Under the pieces are notes generated by a model, which worked only from the letters and a program-made list of their open reading frames with translations, made no database searches and was not told the origin of the DNA. A DNA stretch of 64,000 nt from Lama glama. Taxonomy: Eukaryota. The stretch is from contig CM052817.1 of NCBI GenBank assembly GCA_028534125.1, forward strand, positions 31,684,001 to 31,748,000, given 5' to 3'. This document shows, in pieces, positions 13,440-28,748 of the stretch. Within the stretch, counting starts at the first letter, position 1. Each line of letters begins with the position of its first letter. A program made the position numbers and the translations under genes.

Positions 13440-16400
13440 AATTTTTCTCTTTTTTCGGGGGTAGTAGTACAAACAGCAGTTGCATTTTTAAATCTTTATT
13501 TCCATGCATTTAATTGCTTGACATAGAGAAATACAATAGAGTTTTGTATGTTAATCTTCCATCTGTGTCTTTCCTGAATTCACTTAATATTTCTAGAAGG
13601 TTTGTTTTGTTTTGTTTTGTTTTTTAAGATTCCTTGGGATTTTCTATGTTAACAATCATGGAGAGTTTCTTTCCAATCTCCATGCCTGTTATTTCCTTTT
13701 CTTGCTTAATGCACTGGCTGGAGCTTCTAGCACTATGAGAATGCTGAGAACATGTATCCTTGCCTTGTTCCCCATCTTAGAGGGGAAGCATTCAGTCTTT
13801 CATCATTGTGCTATCTACAGATTTTTTGTAGGTGCTCTTTATAAAGTTGAAGTTCTTATTTTATGTTTTCCTAAGAATTTTTATCATGAATATGTGTTGA
13901 ATTTTGTCAGATGCTTTTTTGCATCAGTAGATACACTGATGAGATTTTTTTCTTCTTTAGCCTGTTATTGTGGTGGATTACATTGATTGATTTCCAAATA
14001 TTGAGCCAACTTTGTGTCCTGGAATAAACCCCACTTGATCATGATAAGTAGTTTTTTTAAATATGTCACTGAGTTGTATTTGCTTACATTTGGTTAAGGA
14101 GTTTTACATCTGTATTCCTTGACGGTTATTGGTCTGCAGGGTTTTTTTTTGACACTGTCTGTTTCTGATTTTGGTATCAGAGTGAGGCTGTCTTCATAAA
14201 ATGAATTGTGATGTGTTCCTTCCTCTTCTGTTTTCTGGGAGAGAGTATATAGAATTGGTGTTAATTCTTTACACCTTTGGTAGAATTTCCCAGTGAAGCC
14301 ATCTGGGCTTGGAGTTTCCTTTTTTGGAGGGTTTTTGAGTTATGAAATCAGTTTCCTTAATAACTATGTGGCCATTCAGTTTATCTTTTAAATATGAGAT
14401 GAGTCCTGGTAGTTTGTGCACTTTGAAGAATTGGTCCATTGCATCTAAATTGTTAAATTAATGTGTGTGAGAGTGTTCTTAGTATTTCCTTATGATCCTT
14501 TTGATGTCGTCAGGGTCTGCAGTGATGTCCCTCCCACTTTGTTACTCATGTTGGTAATTTGAGGTAGTGTTTTCTCCTTTTTATTTTGTCAGGCTTGTCA
14601 GTATTACTTGTCCTTTTGAAAGAACTATTTCATTGATTTTTCTGTTTTCAATTTGATTGATTTCTGCTCTTTGTTATTTTCTTCTGCTTGCTTTGAGTTT
14701 ATTTCACTCTACTTTTTCTAGATTTTTTTGAAGTAGGAACTTAGATGATTGGTTTAAGACTTTTCTTTTCAGTTATGGCCCACAAATTTTGATACCTTCT
14801 ATTTTAAGTTTTATTTAGTTCTATGTATTTTAAAATTTCTATTAAGAAATATATTGTTGAGTTTCAGCTATCAAGTGATTTTTTTCATCTTTTTGTTGCC
14901 TTTTAGTTATTAACTTCTAGTTTGATTGTGTTATGATCAGAGAAATTTACTCTTTGTAATTTCAAATTTTTTTTAAACTGAAGTTTGCTTTATGGACCAG
15001 GATAGTCTATCTCGGCTTATATTCTGTGGGCACTTGAATGTGCATTCTGCTCTTGTTGAGTGGACTGTTCTGTAAATGTCAGTCAGATCCTGTGGTTGGT
15101 GATGATACTGAGTTCTTATATCCCCTTGCTGATTTTCTGTCTAGTTCTGTCAGTTGTTGAGAGGGGGCTGGTGAAGTTCCAACTGTAATTGTGGATTTGT
15201 CTCTTTCTCCTTTCAGTTCTGTAAGTTTTTCCTTCACATTATTATAATTTTTTTGTTTAGTACATACACATTTAGGATTGTTAGGTTTTCTCGGTAGTTT
15301 GACCCTGTTTTCATTATGTATTATCCTTCTTTGTCCCTGGTAAGTTTCTTTTTAATTATCTGATACTAATATAGCCATCATGCTTTCTTTTTGTATTGTT
15401 AGCATATCTTTTCCATCCCTTAACTTCAACCTCCCTATATTTTTCTATTTGAAGTGAGTTTCTTATAGACAGCTCAAAGTTAGGTTATGTTTTAAATGCA
15501 TTTCTACCAAATCTCTGTCTTATGATTGGTGTAGGTACACCATTTACATTCATGTAATTATTGATATGCTTAGGCTTGCCATTTTATTTGTTGTTTTCTG
15601 TTTGTTTTTTCTGTTTTTCATTTCTCTGTTTTCTTTTTCCTGCTATCCTGTGGGTTACCTGCATATTCTTTAGAATTCCATTTTAATTTATATATAGTGT
15701 TTTTGAGTACATATATTTGCATAGTTATTATAGTGGTTGCTTTACATTATGTATACATAACATCATATGTGCTTATCACAGTCTGTTGGTGTTATCATTT
15801 TATCAGTTCAAGTCAAGTATGTAAACGTTACCTTTTTTCATGTTCCTTTACTTTGCTTCATTTATAATCGTTTTAAATGTTTCCTTTACATAATATATTT
15901 CTAGCTACAATAGTGTTAAAATTTTTTCTTCAACCTGCACATATAGCTTTGAAAACTCAGAAAGCCTATGTGTCTACCCGTATTTTTGCTTACCTGGTTC
16001 ATGCTTCCTTTCTGATATTCCAAGGTTCCATCTTTTTATCATTTTCGTTTTGTTTAGAGAACTTGTTTAGCAGTTTTTTGTGGGGGTAGGTGTGCTGGCC
16101 ACAAATTATCTTGGTTTTCTGTTGTCTGAGAATGTCTTGATTTTTCCCTTAATTCTTGTAGGATATTTTCTCTGGGTATAAGATGCTGGGTTGACATTTC
16201 TTTCAACTCTTGAAAAATACTGTGCCACTCTTTCTGGCCTCTATTGGTTTTGATGAGAAATCGGCTCTTGTTGGAATCCATTTCCCCCTATAGGTTAGGT
16301 GTTTTCTCTCTCTGATATCAAGGTTTTCTCTTCTGTTTAGTTTTTAGAAGTTTGACTATGATGTGTCCTGGCATGGATTGCTTTGGATTTATCTCGTTTG

Positions 16401-17880
16401 GTATTTTCTTAGTTTCTTGAATCTGTAGGTTTATGTCCTTTGCCAACTATGGGAAATGTTCATATATGGAAGGTCATTATTTCTCACAGTACTTTTTGTC
16501 CTCTCTTTCTTCTTTCCTCCCTGTACTCCAGTGACATGCAAATATTAGGGCTTGTTAGGTCTTTTCAGGTCCCTGAAAGCTCTGTTCTTTTTTTTTTTTT
16601 CCAGTTTATTTCCTTTCTATTGTTTAGATTGGATAATTTCTTTTGTTCTATCAGTTCACTGATTTCTCCCCCCACTATCCTTTCCATTCTGCTATTGACC
16701 TCATTCACTGAGTTTTTTATTTTGGTTAGTGCAGTTTTCAGTTTTAAAATTTACATTTGATTCCCACTTCTGTGTATCTTCTGTTTATTTGCTGAGACTT
16801 TCTATTTCTGCTTCAAGTGTGTGGAATTACTCATTCAAGCAATTTTATGATAGCTACTTTAAAATCTTTGTTAGATAATTCTAGCGTCTCTGTCATCTTG
16901 TGTTGATATTTCTTGATTGTCTCTTTTATTTAGTTTAAATTCTTCCTGGTTCTTGGTATGATGATTGTTTCCCCCCCCCCCCCAGTCAGTCCTCCCGACC
17001 TCAGGCAAATATCTGATTTGGTTTAGTTACCATAAGTTATATTTGCCTAATTTTTGAGAGTCATTCTTGTTGTATCAGCAATTTTCTCTTCTTTATTGCT
17101 GAATGGTATTCTGTAGTGTGGATATACAGTTTGTTTACCCGTTCACCTGCTGATGGACGTTGAATAGTGTCTGATTGAATGGAGTGTTCTGTAAATGTCA
17201 GCTCAACTTGATTGGTGGTGGTGTTCATGTCTTCTGTACCCTTTCTGTCTTTTCTGCCTATTTGTTTCATCTCTTACTGAAAAAGGAGTGTTGAAATACC
17301 TAATTAATTCTGTACTTTTTTTGTTCTTACTTTCAGTTATGTCAGTTTGTTCCATGTGTTTTGTGTATCTGTTTTGGAGTATATATAGTTAGGAGTCTTA
17401 CGTCCTCTTGCTGAATTGACTCCTTTAACATTATGAACTCTGTCTCTGGTGGTAATTTTTTTCTGATACTGTGAACACCAGCTTTTTCATGATCAGTGTT
17501 CTGTGGGGTATCTTTTTTATCCTTTTGCTTTTAACCTATGTCTTTGTAACTGAAATGTGTTTCTTTTAGATAGCATACTGTTCTTGCTTTTTGTCCATAC
17601 TGGGAGTATTTACCCTTTACTTAGAGTAATTATTATTTACACTTAATACAGTTATCAGTATGGTTGGTTTAAAGTCTCTCTCACAACTTGTTTTCACCCC
17701 CTGAAAAAGCCAGGGTACCAATAGAGCTCATCACATTTATTTTCCTTTTTTCAGGGATTATAGTCCTGTATTGCCTGTTGTCCAATATTTGAAAACTGTT
17801 CCATGTATTTTATCCAGTTTTATAGGTATTTATTACAGGAGGGTAAGCCCCTCCCCATTTTTGTCAGCATGATTGGAAGC
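13440..17880 (-). mobile_element. Old fragmented L1 (ORF2/ORF1 remnants), antisense in SLAIN2 intron
   Basis: Long T-rich stretch with L1 hallmarks (ggaataaaccccacttgatcatg, tagaatttcccagtgaagccatctgggc). Minus ORF with ...QKEWHSIFQELKE resembles ORF1. Confidence 0.8.
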
Positions 17881-19417
17881 TCCTATGGTGGTTTTAAAAT
17901 AAATATCTTGAGTTCCATTCCAGACTAGATTCCCTGGGGTTTATGCCTAGGCTTCCTTTCCCCACCTCACACCCCTTTTTCTTTTCTTTCTTTTTTTTAA
18001 AGTTCATTGAGATTCTGGCACACAGTCAAGTTTGAGAATCATAGCACTAGGGTTTTGGGATCAAGCAGAGATAATTTGAACACATCGAGTATTGGGTCCT
18101 AGTGTATCTTACGTGTGGAGGTGCTGACATTTTGGACTTTGATCAGACAAAATACAGAGAAGATCAGCTAGCAAGGAAGGAGGCTATGTACAAAAAACCT
18201 TATTGAAAGGAAGGTACAAAATACATTTTCGCTCTTTGGTAGTTTTGGAGCTAAGGTTTATCCTGTCTTCTTTCTCTTAGACACCAGATGAAAGATAGTT
18301 GCCAGGCTCATCCGTTCTTTGCTCTCCTGTCCGATACTGTGGTAGAACCTTACTGTTACTTAATCTTCAGACAGATTAGTAGATATGAGGAGAATGAAGC
18401 TGTGTGCGTAATAACCCATTTCTATGGTTTTAGGACCAAATCCCTTGCTCAAGCTTTCGCTCTACTCGTATTCTCAGCAAACTAATGGAAGTTGAGAGAG
18501 AATAGGGTGACTCTGATCCATTTCTTCCTCGCCCCCTACCCTGCCCTCTCCTGCCTTCTCTGCCCGACTCCATTCACTCTGAACTCCACCCCAGAGTTCT
18601 TTGTTAAGTAAAGGATGTTGAGGTAATATTTTTATTTACAGTGTATGTAGCATTTGGGTATTTGAAGAAACTAAAGCTGATATCCTTCTAGAAGTGATTT
18701 ATCCAAATAGAATAAACAGAAAAGGATGAATATATCCCTCAGGAGATCTGAACTTGTAATGCTAAGGGACCACCAGAATAATAAAATTTATTTGAAGTCT
18801 TATTTTGGTTTAAAAATTAATGCAAACTGTACATTTAATTCTTTCATGTATCATTATTTGTTTTAATACAAGTGTTTTAACTAGCCACTTAGTAGAACTG
18901 ACCTTCCAAAAGAATGTACCGTCTTTATCCTGTGACTTCATATGCCTTTTGATAAACCCCTAGATTTGTAACTTCCCTACTTGGTGAAGCACAACAATAG
19001 AAACAGGTTTAGTTTCTAAATACTAAGTTACACTGTGGATGATACAGGACTTGGAGGTACACCCACCAGATACTTGACACATGTTTACGTGAATGTTGCT
19101 TTGAGGAGAAGTGTGTTTCAAATTCTAGTGAACCATCTAGTAGTCAGCATTTTTTTTTCTCACCTGAAGAATGTGGCTCAGGTTGGTTGCCACAGGAAAC
19201 AGAATGCTATGGTGCCTTTTCTGGACTTGTTGATTTCTAGCTGACCTAGTTAAAACACTGTTGTCAAGGATAGCTGGAGTCCTCTGAGTGAGGAGTTGGT
19301 TATTTAAGACCTACCAATGATCATCTAATCCCAGATATTTTCTTTATTCCTTGCATTCCTATAGGGTGAGTTGTCGTGAATACAGATGTACTGGTGCCCA
19401 GTCATCAAGTGTAATAG

Positions 19418-19804
<387 letters not shown>

Positions 19805-20114
19805 TAAGTGGTAAATGCTCTGTTTCAACATCCTTGAGCATAGGAAGGTGGGTAGACTGGAATTACCCTCATCTCTGCATTTGAAAGAGTCCTAGTGGGT
19901 TTCCACTAGAGTCTTAATATAGTTTGAATAAAACATTACTTTCTTGTTTTAAAAATATTCTCACTTGGGACATTAGGGTATATGTCACTTTGGTTCAGAT
20001 TAAATTTGCCCACATGCCTAAAAATAACATGATTAAGCATCGTGGCAAAACCCTGAAAAAAAATTGTTGGAACCACTCCATTTGGTTGTGATATTTGTTC
20101 ATTTTGAATATATA

Positions 20115-20241
20115 TATTTAAATTTTTTAATTTGGGGGTAATTGGGTTTATTTGTTTGTTTTTTAATGGAGGTGCTGGGATTGAACCCAGGACCTTGTGC
20201 ATACTAAGTACATGCTCTACCACTGAGTTAAACCCTCCCCC
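20115..20241 (-). mobile_element. tRNA-Ala-derived SINE (camelid vic-1-like)
   Basis: Reverse complement shows A/B boxes (ctcagtggtagagc...gggttcaatcccagc) and the aaaccyaattacc tail. Near-identical flanks ttcatttt(g/t)aatatata. Confidence 0.85.
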
Positions 20242-20249
20242 TCTTCATT

Positions 20250-20479
20250 TTTAATATAATAATATTCAATATATTAAATATATTGAGTAATATATAAATA
20301 TATTAAAATATTTGTTTTATATATAATAAATAGTTATATTATATATGATATAAATGTATCAAACAAGTATATTACTATTATAAATATATTAAATAATATA
20401 TAATAAATATATCAAATAATAAATAAATATGTTAAAAGCATATTAGAACCAATAAATATATTAAAAGCATATTAGAACC
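20250..20479. repeat. AT-rich low-complexity tract ending in a 29-bp tandem duplication
   Basis: aataaatat(g/a)ttaaaagcatattagaacc twice, at 20422-20450 and 20451-20479. Confidence 0.85.
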
Positions 20480-21405
20480 TAGAGTGAGATTTCCATAAAA
20501 CTTCTAGCTACCAAGCCTGAGTATATAATCCAAGAGGGTAGTTTTCAAGCTTTGCTACAATTCAGTATCTTCTATGGAATTTATGTAAATATAGAGGCCT
20601 AACTTTTATCCACAAAAAGCAGATCTGGTAGGAAACCCAAAATCTGTGGGTATGCTTTTTTATTTGTTTGTTTAATCTTCAGGTAATTCTGGGCCTAACC
20701 ATGTTGGGAACCATGTATCTGTAATCTTCTGCCTTTTAGGAATGTGATTACCACCATCAGTAAACTTAGGTGTCAAATCTAACTAAACTTGAAGTATTTA
20801 TTTGCATGGGGGGGAGAAAAAGCTTTTGTGCCATAATTACCCATACTTCTTTTTTTCTAAGATGAACATACTGCATTGTAACATTAGTAGTAGAACACGA
20901 CAGCTTTCTGCTGTGCACTGTGCTAGATAACATGCACCTCATTTTCACAATAGCACCAGATGTGTGGGTGCCGTTACAGTTCCCATGTTTAGAGGAGGAT
21001 GTTAAAATTTAATGAGGTTAAGTAATTCGCCATGTACTTCAACTGTGTTCCAAGTGTGCCTTAATTCAGAGTCATTTTAAGCACTGTCCCATGCTGCCTC
21101 TCTAGTGATGGTGACACTCCATCTCTAATATCACATTCCTCAACTACCCCTCAAATAAATAGGTAAGTAATAAGTTTGGTGATCTAGCTCATTTTTCCTC
21201 TTACTCTGGTAGCTATGTTCATAAAAAGAGGTGAATGAAGTCACCTGATGCCCAGTAAAACTTGAAAGTTGTGGAAATGCTGAGTGTGGGGTCTTTGTGC
21301 TAAAAGTGTTTGAGAACTCTGATCCTAGTAGTCTCCTGGAACATTGGATCGTGGTGCCCTGCAAAGAAATTAATATATGGAAGATAGCATGGTAATGTTC
21401 CATAA

Positions 21406-21510
<105 letters not shown>

Positions 21511-21673
21511 CCAGCAAAGACAAGAATGCAGAGGTCCACAGCTTCATGGATACCCCTTCACCAGGCTAAAAGACAACTTTTATATGCAGACTGTTCAGAT
21601 AAGACTCTTGGGATTTATAAAATCCCAGCTCTCTCTGTCTTAATTAGCACAAACTGACAGAGATGATCAAGCA

Positions 21674-21681
21674 GCACTTTA
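21674..21681 (+). promoter_or_regulatory. miR-17/20/93/106 family 8mer seed match (GCACTTTA) in SLAIN2 3' UTR
   Basis: Exact GCACTTTA about 160 nt after the stop; overlaps AGCACTT (miR-302/372-type seed). Confidence 0.55.
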
Positions 21682-24457
21682 ATGACATTTAACATCAGAT
21701 GTGTTTGGTAATCATACAATCACTCCATGGAATCACTTTTAGTTTTGCTTAATAGAAACTAAGTTGATTTTTAAATATTTGACAAAGGCCAATATCTGGG
21801 CAAAAAACTAATGGATGCCAAAGAGAAATGCCCATTTGTAAATGAGAGAGTACCTTTGTGCACAAGAAAATGGTGAATTCAGGCTATCCAAAACTTCACA
21901 TCCAACCTAATTTACTGTATAAATAGTATCAATAAATATTTGTGTTAATGAGAACTAATATTCTGACTAATTATCTAAAATGTTTCACTAGTGTTTCACT
22001 AGTCCTCCAAGAAACTAGATTGAGATGGAAGAGGGCAGGGTGGGGAGAAACCTGGGCTAGAGATTTAAAACATGCCTAAATTTGGGAGGATTCTATAAAT
22101 TATTTTTGCAGATTCATTAGAAAAATTGTCATTTTGTTTAATCTTAAGTTTTGGATGTAGCTCCCATATCACCACTGCCAGATAGTGTGACCGCGTGCAT
22201 CCATCATGTTGCATTGACACATCAGACTTCTGTGTTTGTTTTGATTGCCAAAAGGGCTTAATATCAGTTGTACAATCTTTCTAAACTTTATAGCTCCTGG
22301 CTCAGGAAAGATAGCCTTTGCTGTTGAAGCCAACTTCTTCACATGCTGTTATCTGTTATAGAACTAAGAGATCTTGTTTTTATTAGCAGGTTTCCATGGT
22401 GGGAAAGAGCAGGTAGTATGTGTCTTTATTCTTGATACAAATAACACCACCTCAGTGCTTACTACAACCTGGAACAAAACCATGCAACAAGAAGCGGGTG
22501 GAATAAAATCTATGCACTTAATTTACAAAATCTCTGGTAATGACAGTTGTATTGTTACTGTTAACTGACACAACAGTCTGCCATGTGGTGGGAAATTATA
22601 GCCTGCTGAATCCTACTTAAGCTGATCCACTTTAGACTGAGTAACTGTGCAAAACATCCTTTGAAGATACTGTCCCTGCTGACATAGATTTTGTCTGACA
22701 TCAATTTTTGCATTTTTGGTAACAAATGAAACCGCCTGCATACGAATCTAACTTGTTAAATACTTGCTCTGTGATGGCCCTTATGTATATCCTGGAAATC
22801 ACTTATTTTGGTTTTATTCAACTATTAGCAGACTAAAACTTCCTTCTGCAGCAGGCTTCTTGTTTTTCATGGTAAGGTCTGTTTTTAAATATTTAATTTG
22901 AACAGCTCTGAAATATTGGCACTTGGGTCACTAAAGGATTTTAAGATTTGAATGTAAGTTCATTTCCTGTTGGTCAAAGACATATCTGTAAGTTGGCAAA
23001 AGAAATTGAGAAATGGGAAGCTTAATATTCAGGATAGCATTGAGGTTGATAGCTTGAGAGAATGGCAAAACTTTTAAAACCAAATCCCCTGTTTTGCTGT
23101 GACTGACACCATGGTAGTCTTATTAGCTTGACCAGTAGGGAGTCATTCCTTTAGCACAAAGCAGCAGGAGATTTAAACTGCCAGTGCTAATGTATTTTGG
23201 TGTATACTACAAGGAAGAAATTATATCCTTGAATTTGAGGGTGATGGGGATGGATCAGGAAAGGATGGCGCCAGAATTCCACATGATGATGAACTAAAAG
23301 ATGTTGCTTTTCAGAGGAAGGTAAAGCATCTGTTTTGGGTAGGGGGATATCTCATGTAAAAATCTAAGTGAGTCAAAGAACTAGCCACTGTCTCTTTTTA
23401 AAACCATGTATACGCAACAGAAAATAGGTCTGTTTTCAGTGCAACATTGCAAAAAAAAATGCTGCAATCTAATAATAAAAAGGAATTTTAACTCTTATTA
23501 CGGAAGACTCATTACATTTTTAAGTTAGATTATCAGTTTTGAAAGGAATATTCAGGTTATTTCACTTTGTTTTTAAATGGCTGCATCAGAAAAAAAAAGT
23601 CTATTTTTTTTTTATTAAAATATTTCATCACTTGTTAAAATGTGTTTGGACCTGAGTTGGGTAAAGTGTTTTTTTCCCTGCTGTTGTACTACCACAGACT
23701 ATTGGCTTTTGGTTTCCTAAAGAGAAAAATTGCCTTTTTACTAGAAAGCCTTTGTGTATTGCCAATTTTTCTGTTTGGGAAAATCTAAGGATTCACTGTG
23801 GTTAGTCTTGCAGATGAAACATGGGTTTGATAAACTAGTGCCTATGATTTTAACTTATGTTTGATATATAGTAGTAAGGGTTTTATGAATGTTGATTATT
23901 TTTTTGTGCCAACAGCCCAAAATTGTCACTTATATGTAAGCAGAAAGCTATGAGCTCTGCTTCCAAAGTTATTTAATTTTTTCAGTGTTTGAATGTTATT
24001 TTTTGTAAGTGTGTTAATAAAAGTGTAAAGAATTGGAAAAAATATAAATATTCTTAACTCAAGCATTTGCTGGATCATTTTTCTACAAAACTTGTTTGTA
24101 TAATATAAAACACTCTCTGAAGGGTTGGCTTTTTTTTTTCTTTTTTTTTTTTTTTTGGTTTTCATACCCTGGAAATCACATTTTGTAATAGTGGGGACCA
24201 TTCATAATTGCCAGATACTTTTTAAAATTATTATCTCAATACATCACTTTTATAAAAAAAAGTTTTTCTGAAAGGAAATTAGATACATGTGTCCCCAGAT
24301 GTTTGTATAACTATAGAATGATCTCGACTGTGTATATTTAACTTTTATTGAATGTACAGGCGTCCATTTTTGACATTACGCATGGTCCTTTTAGATCACA
24401 TGAAGTTTGATTTGCAAACATTTCTATAGCCGAACTTGTATGTGTGGTTGCCTCCTT

Positions 24458-24463
24458 AATAAA
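24458..24463 (+). terminator. Candidate distal polyadenylation signal of SLAIN2
   Basis: AATAAA with upstream TGTA and a downstream T/GT-rich tract (atttgtttttttcaagtgttttt). Confidence 0.5.
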
Positions 24464-25661
24464 CAACCTGACCATGATGTTTATTATTAAATTTATATTT
24501 GTTTTTTTCAAGTGTTTTTATTAATTTCTGGGTATGATAAGATCTGCCCCCCCCCGCCAGTTGACTGTAATTGATTATAATAAATTCCCAGTTAATTTTT
24601 TTTTTAACACAAAGCCAAATCATATTGCCCTTTCAGACTTGATCTCCTTAAGGCTGGAATATATCATGTTGTACTCTCTCTGTCCTGATTATTTGGGATA
24701 AATTTATAGTTTACTCGGAATTGGTATGTTCTTGGGACTTTTTAACCTGTTGTGAATTAGTACCTAGTTAGAAAAAGCTAGCATATGTGAAACAAGCAAA
24801 AGCCTGTTCATAACTCATTATATGACTATCCAGGAGGAAAAATTAATACATTTTCAAACCAAATATTAATATTTATTTAGTTGATCGTGTGCATCTTTGA
24901 TAAATCAAAAATCAAGAATTGCACACTGTTTAATTACTTCCCCGCGTCCCTTTTGAAAGTGTTTTTGACTATCCTCCATGTTACAGTTAGTCTCACTAGC
25001 GAGTTACAGAGAAATGACCCTTTCATGCTTGAACTTTCTCCCAAGCCAACATAAAACCTTTTAAGAACCGTTTAAAATTAAATGTCATTATACTTGTAAA
25101 TTAATGAATGAAAAGTTTGCTTAAACTTGTCACATACCCATTGCAACAGGAAAACCTGTACGGTGGTTCTTGTGAATTATTTGCTATATCAAAGTTGAGC
25201 TTTGAGTTACTAAAGCAGAATAAATGATAGCGAAACTAACTTGGAGAGAGGTAGTGAACAGTGTCTTCACATGAGCATGAAGCCAGGGTTGCAACCACTA
25301 GCATATTTTGAATGGCCCAAATACAAGTCTGAGTAGACTAAAGGACCCTTTGGTTACTAGTATGAAAATGGAACAGATTTCCCTCATGGAGTTTACTTAA
25401 ATACAACTTGGTTAAAACTGTTAACTGCATGCCAGTTTCAAACCAGTTCTTTACACTGGGTAACCGTAATGCCTTCTCTGTAAAAAGAAGAGGGGGAAAA
25501 GCTTGATTTCTTTTGATTTTGAAAATAATAGACTCATTACTTTTTTAAAAACTGAAAACAAGAAATATAAAAGGGAAAGTGATCCCACATTTCACCTTGG
25601 GATCTCACAATCCCACCATGTGGAAATATTTAAATGCTGACCTAAACATGGTTGTGAAATA

Positions 25662-26065
25662 CAGGTATTTCCTGCATTTTGGAGGTTCACTGTATGCCAC
25701 TTCACTTTTACGAAAGATCTATTAATACCTGTTTTTACTAACCAGAAGAAATCTGAGGAGGATTTTCGCTTTCATGAAAAAAGGCAAAGGCAGAAATTAG
25801 CATTCAGCGTTCGCTTTGCACAGAGCCGTTATAGAGGCAGTTCACACCTCCCTGTCGAGTCCGTCACTGGGAACTACTCAGCATCTTAGCATCTAGCCAC
25901 CATAGCTTAGAACTATGTGAGCATCTGTGGTTTATCTTGGTTTTTTTTTTCTCTTTTACATCCAGCAAGGCGTGTCCTCAGATAATTGCTGCTTCACTTT
26001 ATGCTATTTCAGCTTAGGAAGAGTTTCATAGGAATGCTCCTGCTTTCAGTAGTGAGGGAAGCCTG
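25662..26065 (+). mobile_element. TcMar-Tigger-like MITE (~400 bp), copy 1
   Basis: Begins TA|CAGGTATTTCC and ends GGAAGCCTG; collinear with 61623-62031. Confidence 0.8.
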
Positions 26066-28183
26066 AATTATGTGGAAGGGTTAAAAAGTCTTCTGTTTAA
26101 GATGAGAAAATACTTTTTCACTTATAATGCTGAAATGAGTTTGCTTTTGAACAGAGATGTACACTAACTGCTTATTGAAAGCTTGACACATTTCTCAATT
26201 CCTGATTGTAGATACTCCTTGATTTAAAACAGTACATTGTATCTTTATAATATCAGTTAGTTTTTATTATGAAAAATCACATTTATTATAGAAAACTAGA
26301 GAAATAGAGTAAATTATAAAGAAGTAAAAGCACTTAATTCCGTAGGTAATCAGCCACTTAAATTTGAGGATATTGTCTTTTTTTTCCCCCTAATGAAATT
26401 GGGATCATATTCATGATTGATAGTGTAACTTTTTCTTAACTCTAAGGTCACTGAGGACTGCCATCATTTAGATGAAGTCTGCTGGGAGAAATAAAAAAGC
26501 TCCAGAAAGAGTATACAAATATCTAAAACTTTACCAAACCTATATTCTCACTGTTCTTTATATATTATCTTTTACTGACACTAGCACTCCCCCAAGTCTA
26601 CCAAGCCATGAATGGACAGTATTGGTTGAATACAGTTTCAAAACAAAGTACCTCTGAAGAAACAGGCACAACCAATTAAAGAATCAAGATAGTCTAGATT
26701 GAGTTCTCAGACTAGAGAATCCCCTGACAGGCTGCTAAAACAAATTTCTGCACTCTACCCCAAGCATGTCTGTTTAAAAATAGAACTCTGGTCCCAAGAA
26801 TGGAAATTCTGGGAATAGGGGTCCCAGCACAGGTCAGGTGCCTGTAACTAGGCTAACTGACTGTGGCAGGTGATTGGGGTTAAGTGAAAACCATGTACAT
26901 GCTTTAAAAATCATGGATAGAGTGAGGGAGGACCATTTTCCTTGAAAGTGGTGTTACACCCAGTAAGTGGACCTAGTCTTGGGCAAACAAAGCAGGTACA
27001 CACCCCAAAAGACTCTATGCATATTGTATAAAATGCTTGCTTCATGTCAGTAGCCATGTTTTCCTGGAGAAAACATTTGTACTGAGAGGGAAGATTCTGA
27101 TAGTTTTGGAGCCCTAGGCTCAATTATTCATACAGCCCAGTATCATTCCTGTCCTTGAATTCCACAAAGCAAGTGTATCCTTGTAAGTTTCCTTTAATAC
27201 ATAGGTCAGTAAGGTCTGAGAGAAGCTCAGACTGTCCTGTGCCTCCAGAGGAAGGGTTAATTTTTCAAGTGTTTTTTTAGATTGATACATAAAATATGTA
27301 AAGTGTACAAAACATGTTCAGCTGAGCGAATTACAGTAAGTGAGGACATGTGTAACCACCATGCAGGCAAGAATTACTGTTCAGAGCACAGCAAAGAGCT
27401 TTCCTGATGCCACCTGCCAACCACACGCCCTTCCTCTTCAAAGATAACAGCTATCCTGACCGGCCTTCCAATATTATAATTTAGTTTTGCTTAAACTAAA
27501 CACTAAACCAGACACTTTGTAATTTTTTCCTCCCTATCTTATTTTGATTAAAGCCTCGAAGTGGTGTTTCTCTCAGACTCAGGCACTAAATAAACAATAA
27601 AGATAATATGAGATACACCCATGTTGCTGATGTCACTGTAGTTTGTTCATTCTTGTTGCCATATTATATGCCACTGTATAAATATATCACAGTTTGTCCA
27701 TTCTCATTTAATGTTGAAGGACAGTTGGGTTGTTTCCAGTTTAGGTCTCTTAAAAATAATGCAGATTTGGACTTGAGGGATAATCAAGATGGCTTAAGTC
27801 CTCAAAATCCTTTCTCTCCCACTTAGAACTAAAAATTTTGGACAAGATGCAAAAGGCAACTAACCTGAGGAGACTGAAAAATAAACAAAAGCAGGTGGGT
27901 TGGGAGGAGAGTCAAACGGAGAAGAGACCCATACGGGGTGAATTTTCCATTTTCCCCCTCTTTCATCCCTTGGCCCTGATCTCAGAGAGGGCACCCAGCA
28001 GAGCTGTCAGAGTGGCTTCTCTGATAGGTTAAACCAGAGGAAACTGAGGGAAAACCTACGAAAGGAAAACCCCAAAAATGAGGCCCCTCTTGATTACAAG
28101 ACCTTTGTGCTTTGTCATGTTTGCACTTTTTCCCTGTTGCCAGAAATGCAGATCTATATATGATGCTTAATTGTAGTAATGGA

Positions 28184-28185
28184 AT

Positions 28186-28232
<47 letters not shown>

Positions 28233-28234
28233 TT
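28184..28234. repeat. (TTTA)n microsatellite
   Basis: About 12 TTTA units. Confidence 0.9.
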
Positions 28235-28302
28235 TTGAATTTATTTTTTATATCCTGACTTGGTCCAAAATAAATGTAAGGTTGTTTACATCAACATAGG
28301 AA

Positions 28303-28705
28303 TTTTTTAACACTTTTATTAGATATGGTATGGTTCCTGTACAGTAAAGTACACATATATCAGATGTACAATTTGATGAATTTTGATAGATGTATACACC
28401 AGTGAAACCACCACCACAATCAAGACAGCTAACATTTACGTTACTCCCCAAGAGGTGCAATTTTCCAATTCCCAATTTATCCCTTCCCACCCACTTTACC
28501 TCCTAGTAACCATAAGTTTGTTCTCTGTGAGTCTGTTTATGTTTTGTAGATAAGTTCATTTGTGTCCTTTTTTTAAGATACCACATACTAGTGATACATG
28601 GCATTTTTCTTTTTCTGACTTCACTTAGAATGACAATCTCCAGGTCCATCCATGTAGCTACAAATGGCATTATTTTATTCTTTTTTATGGCTGAGTAGTA
28701 TTCCA

Positions 28706-28748
<43 letters not shown>

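Larger units (their letters stand above)
21511..24490 (+). other. SLAIN2: SLAIN2 3' UTR (end approximate)
   Basis: AU-rich sequence without recognisable interspersed repeats after the stop. AATAAA at 21931, 24016 and 24458; the last is followed by U/GU-rich sequence. Confidence 0.7.

Noticed and set aside
27758..28153. Segment with YY1-like CAAGATGGC flanked by aatgcagat repeats
   Set aside because: Resembles an old L1 5' UTR piece; the 9-bp repeat is short and there is no poly(A), so an insertion cannot be supported.
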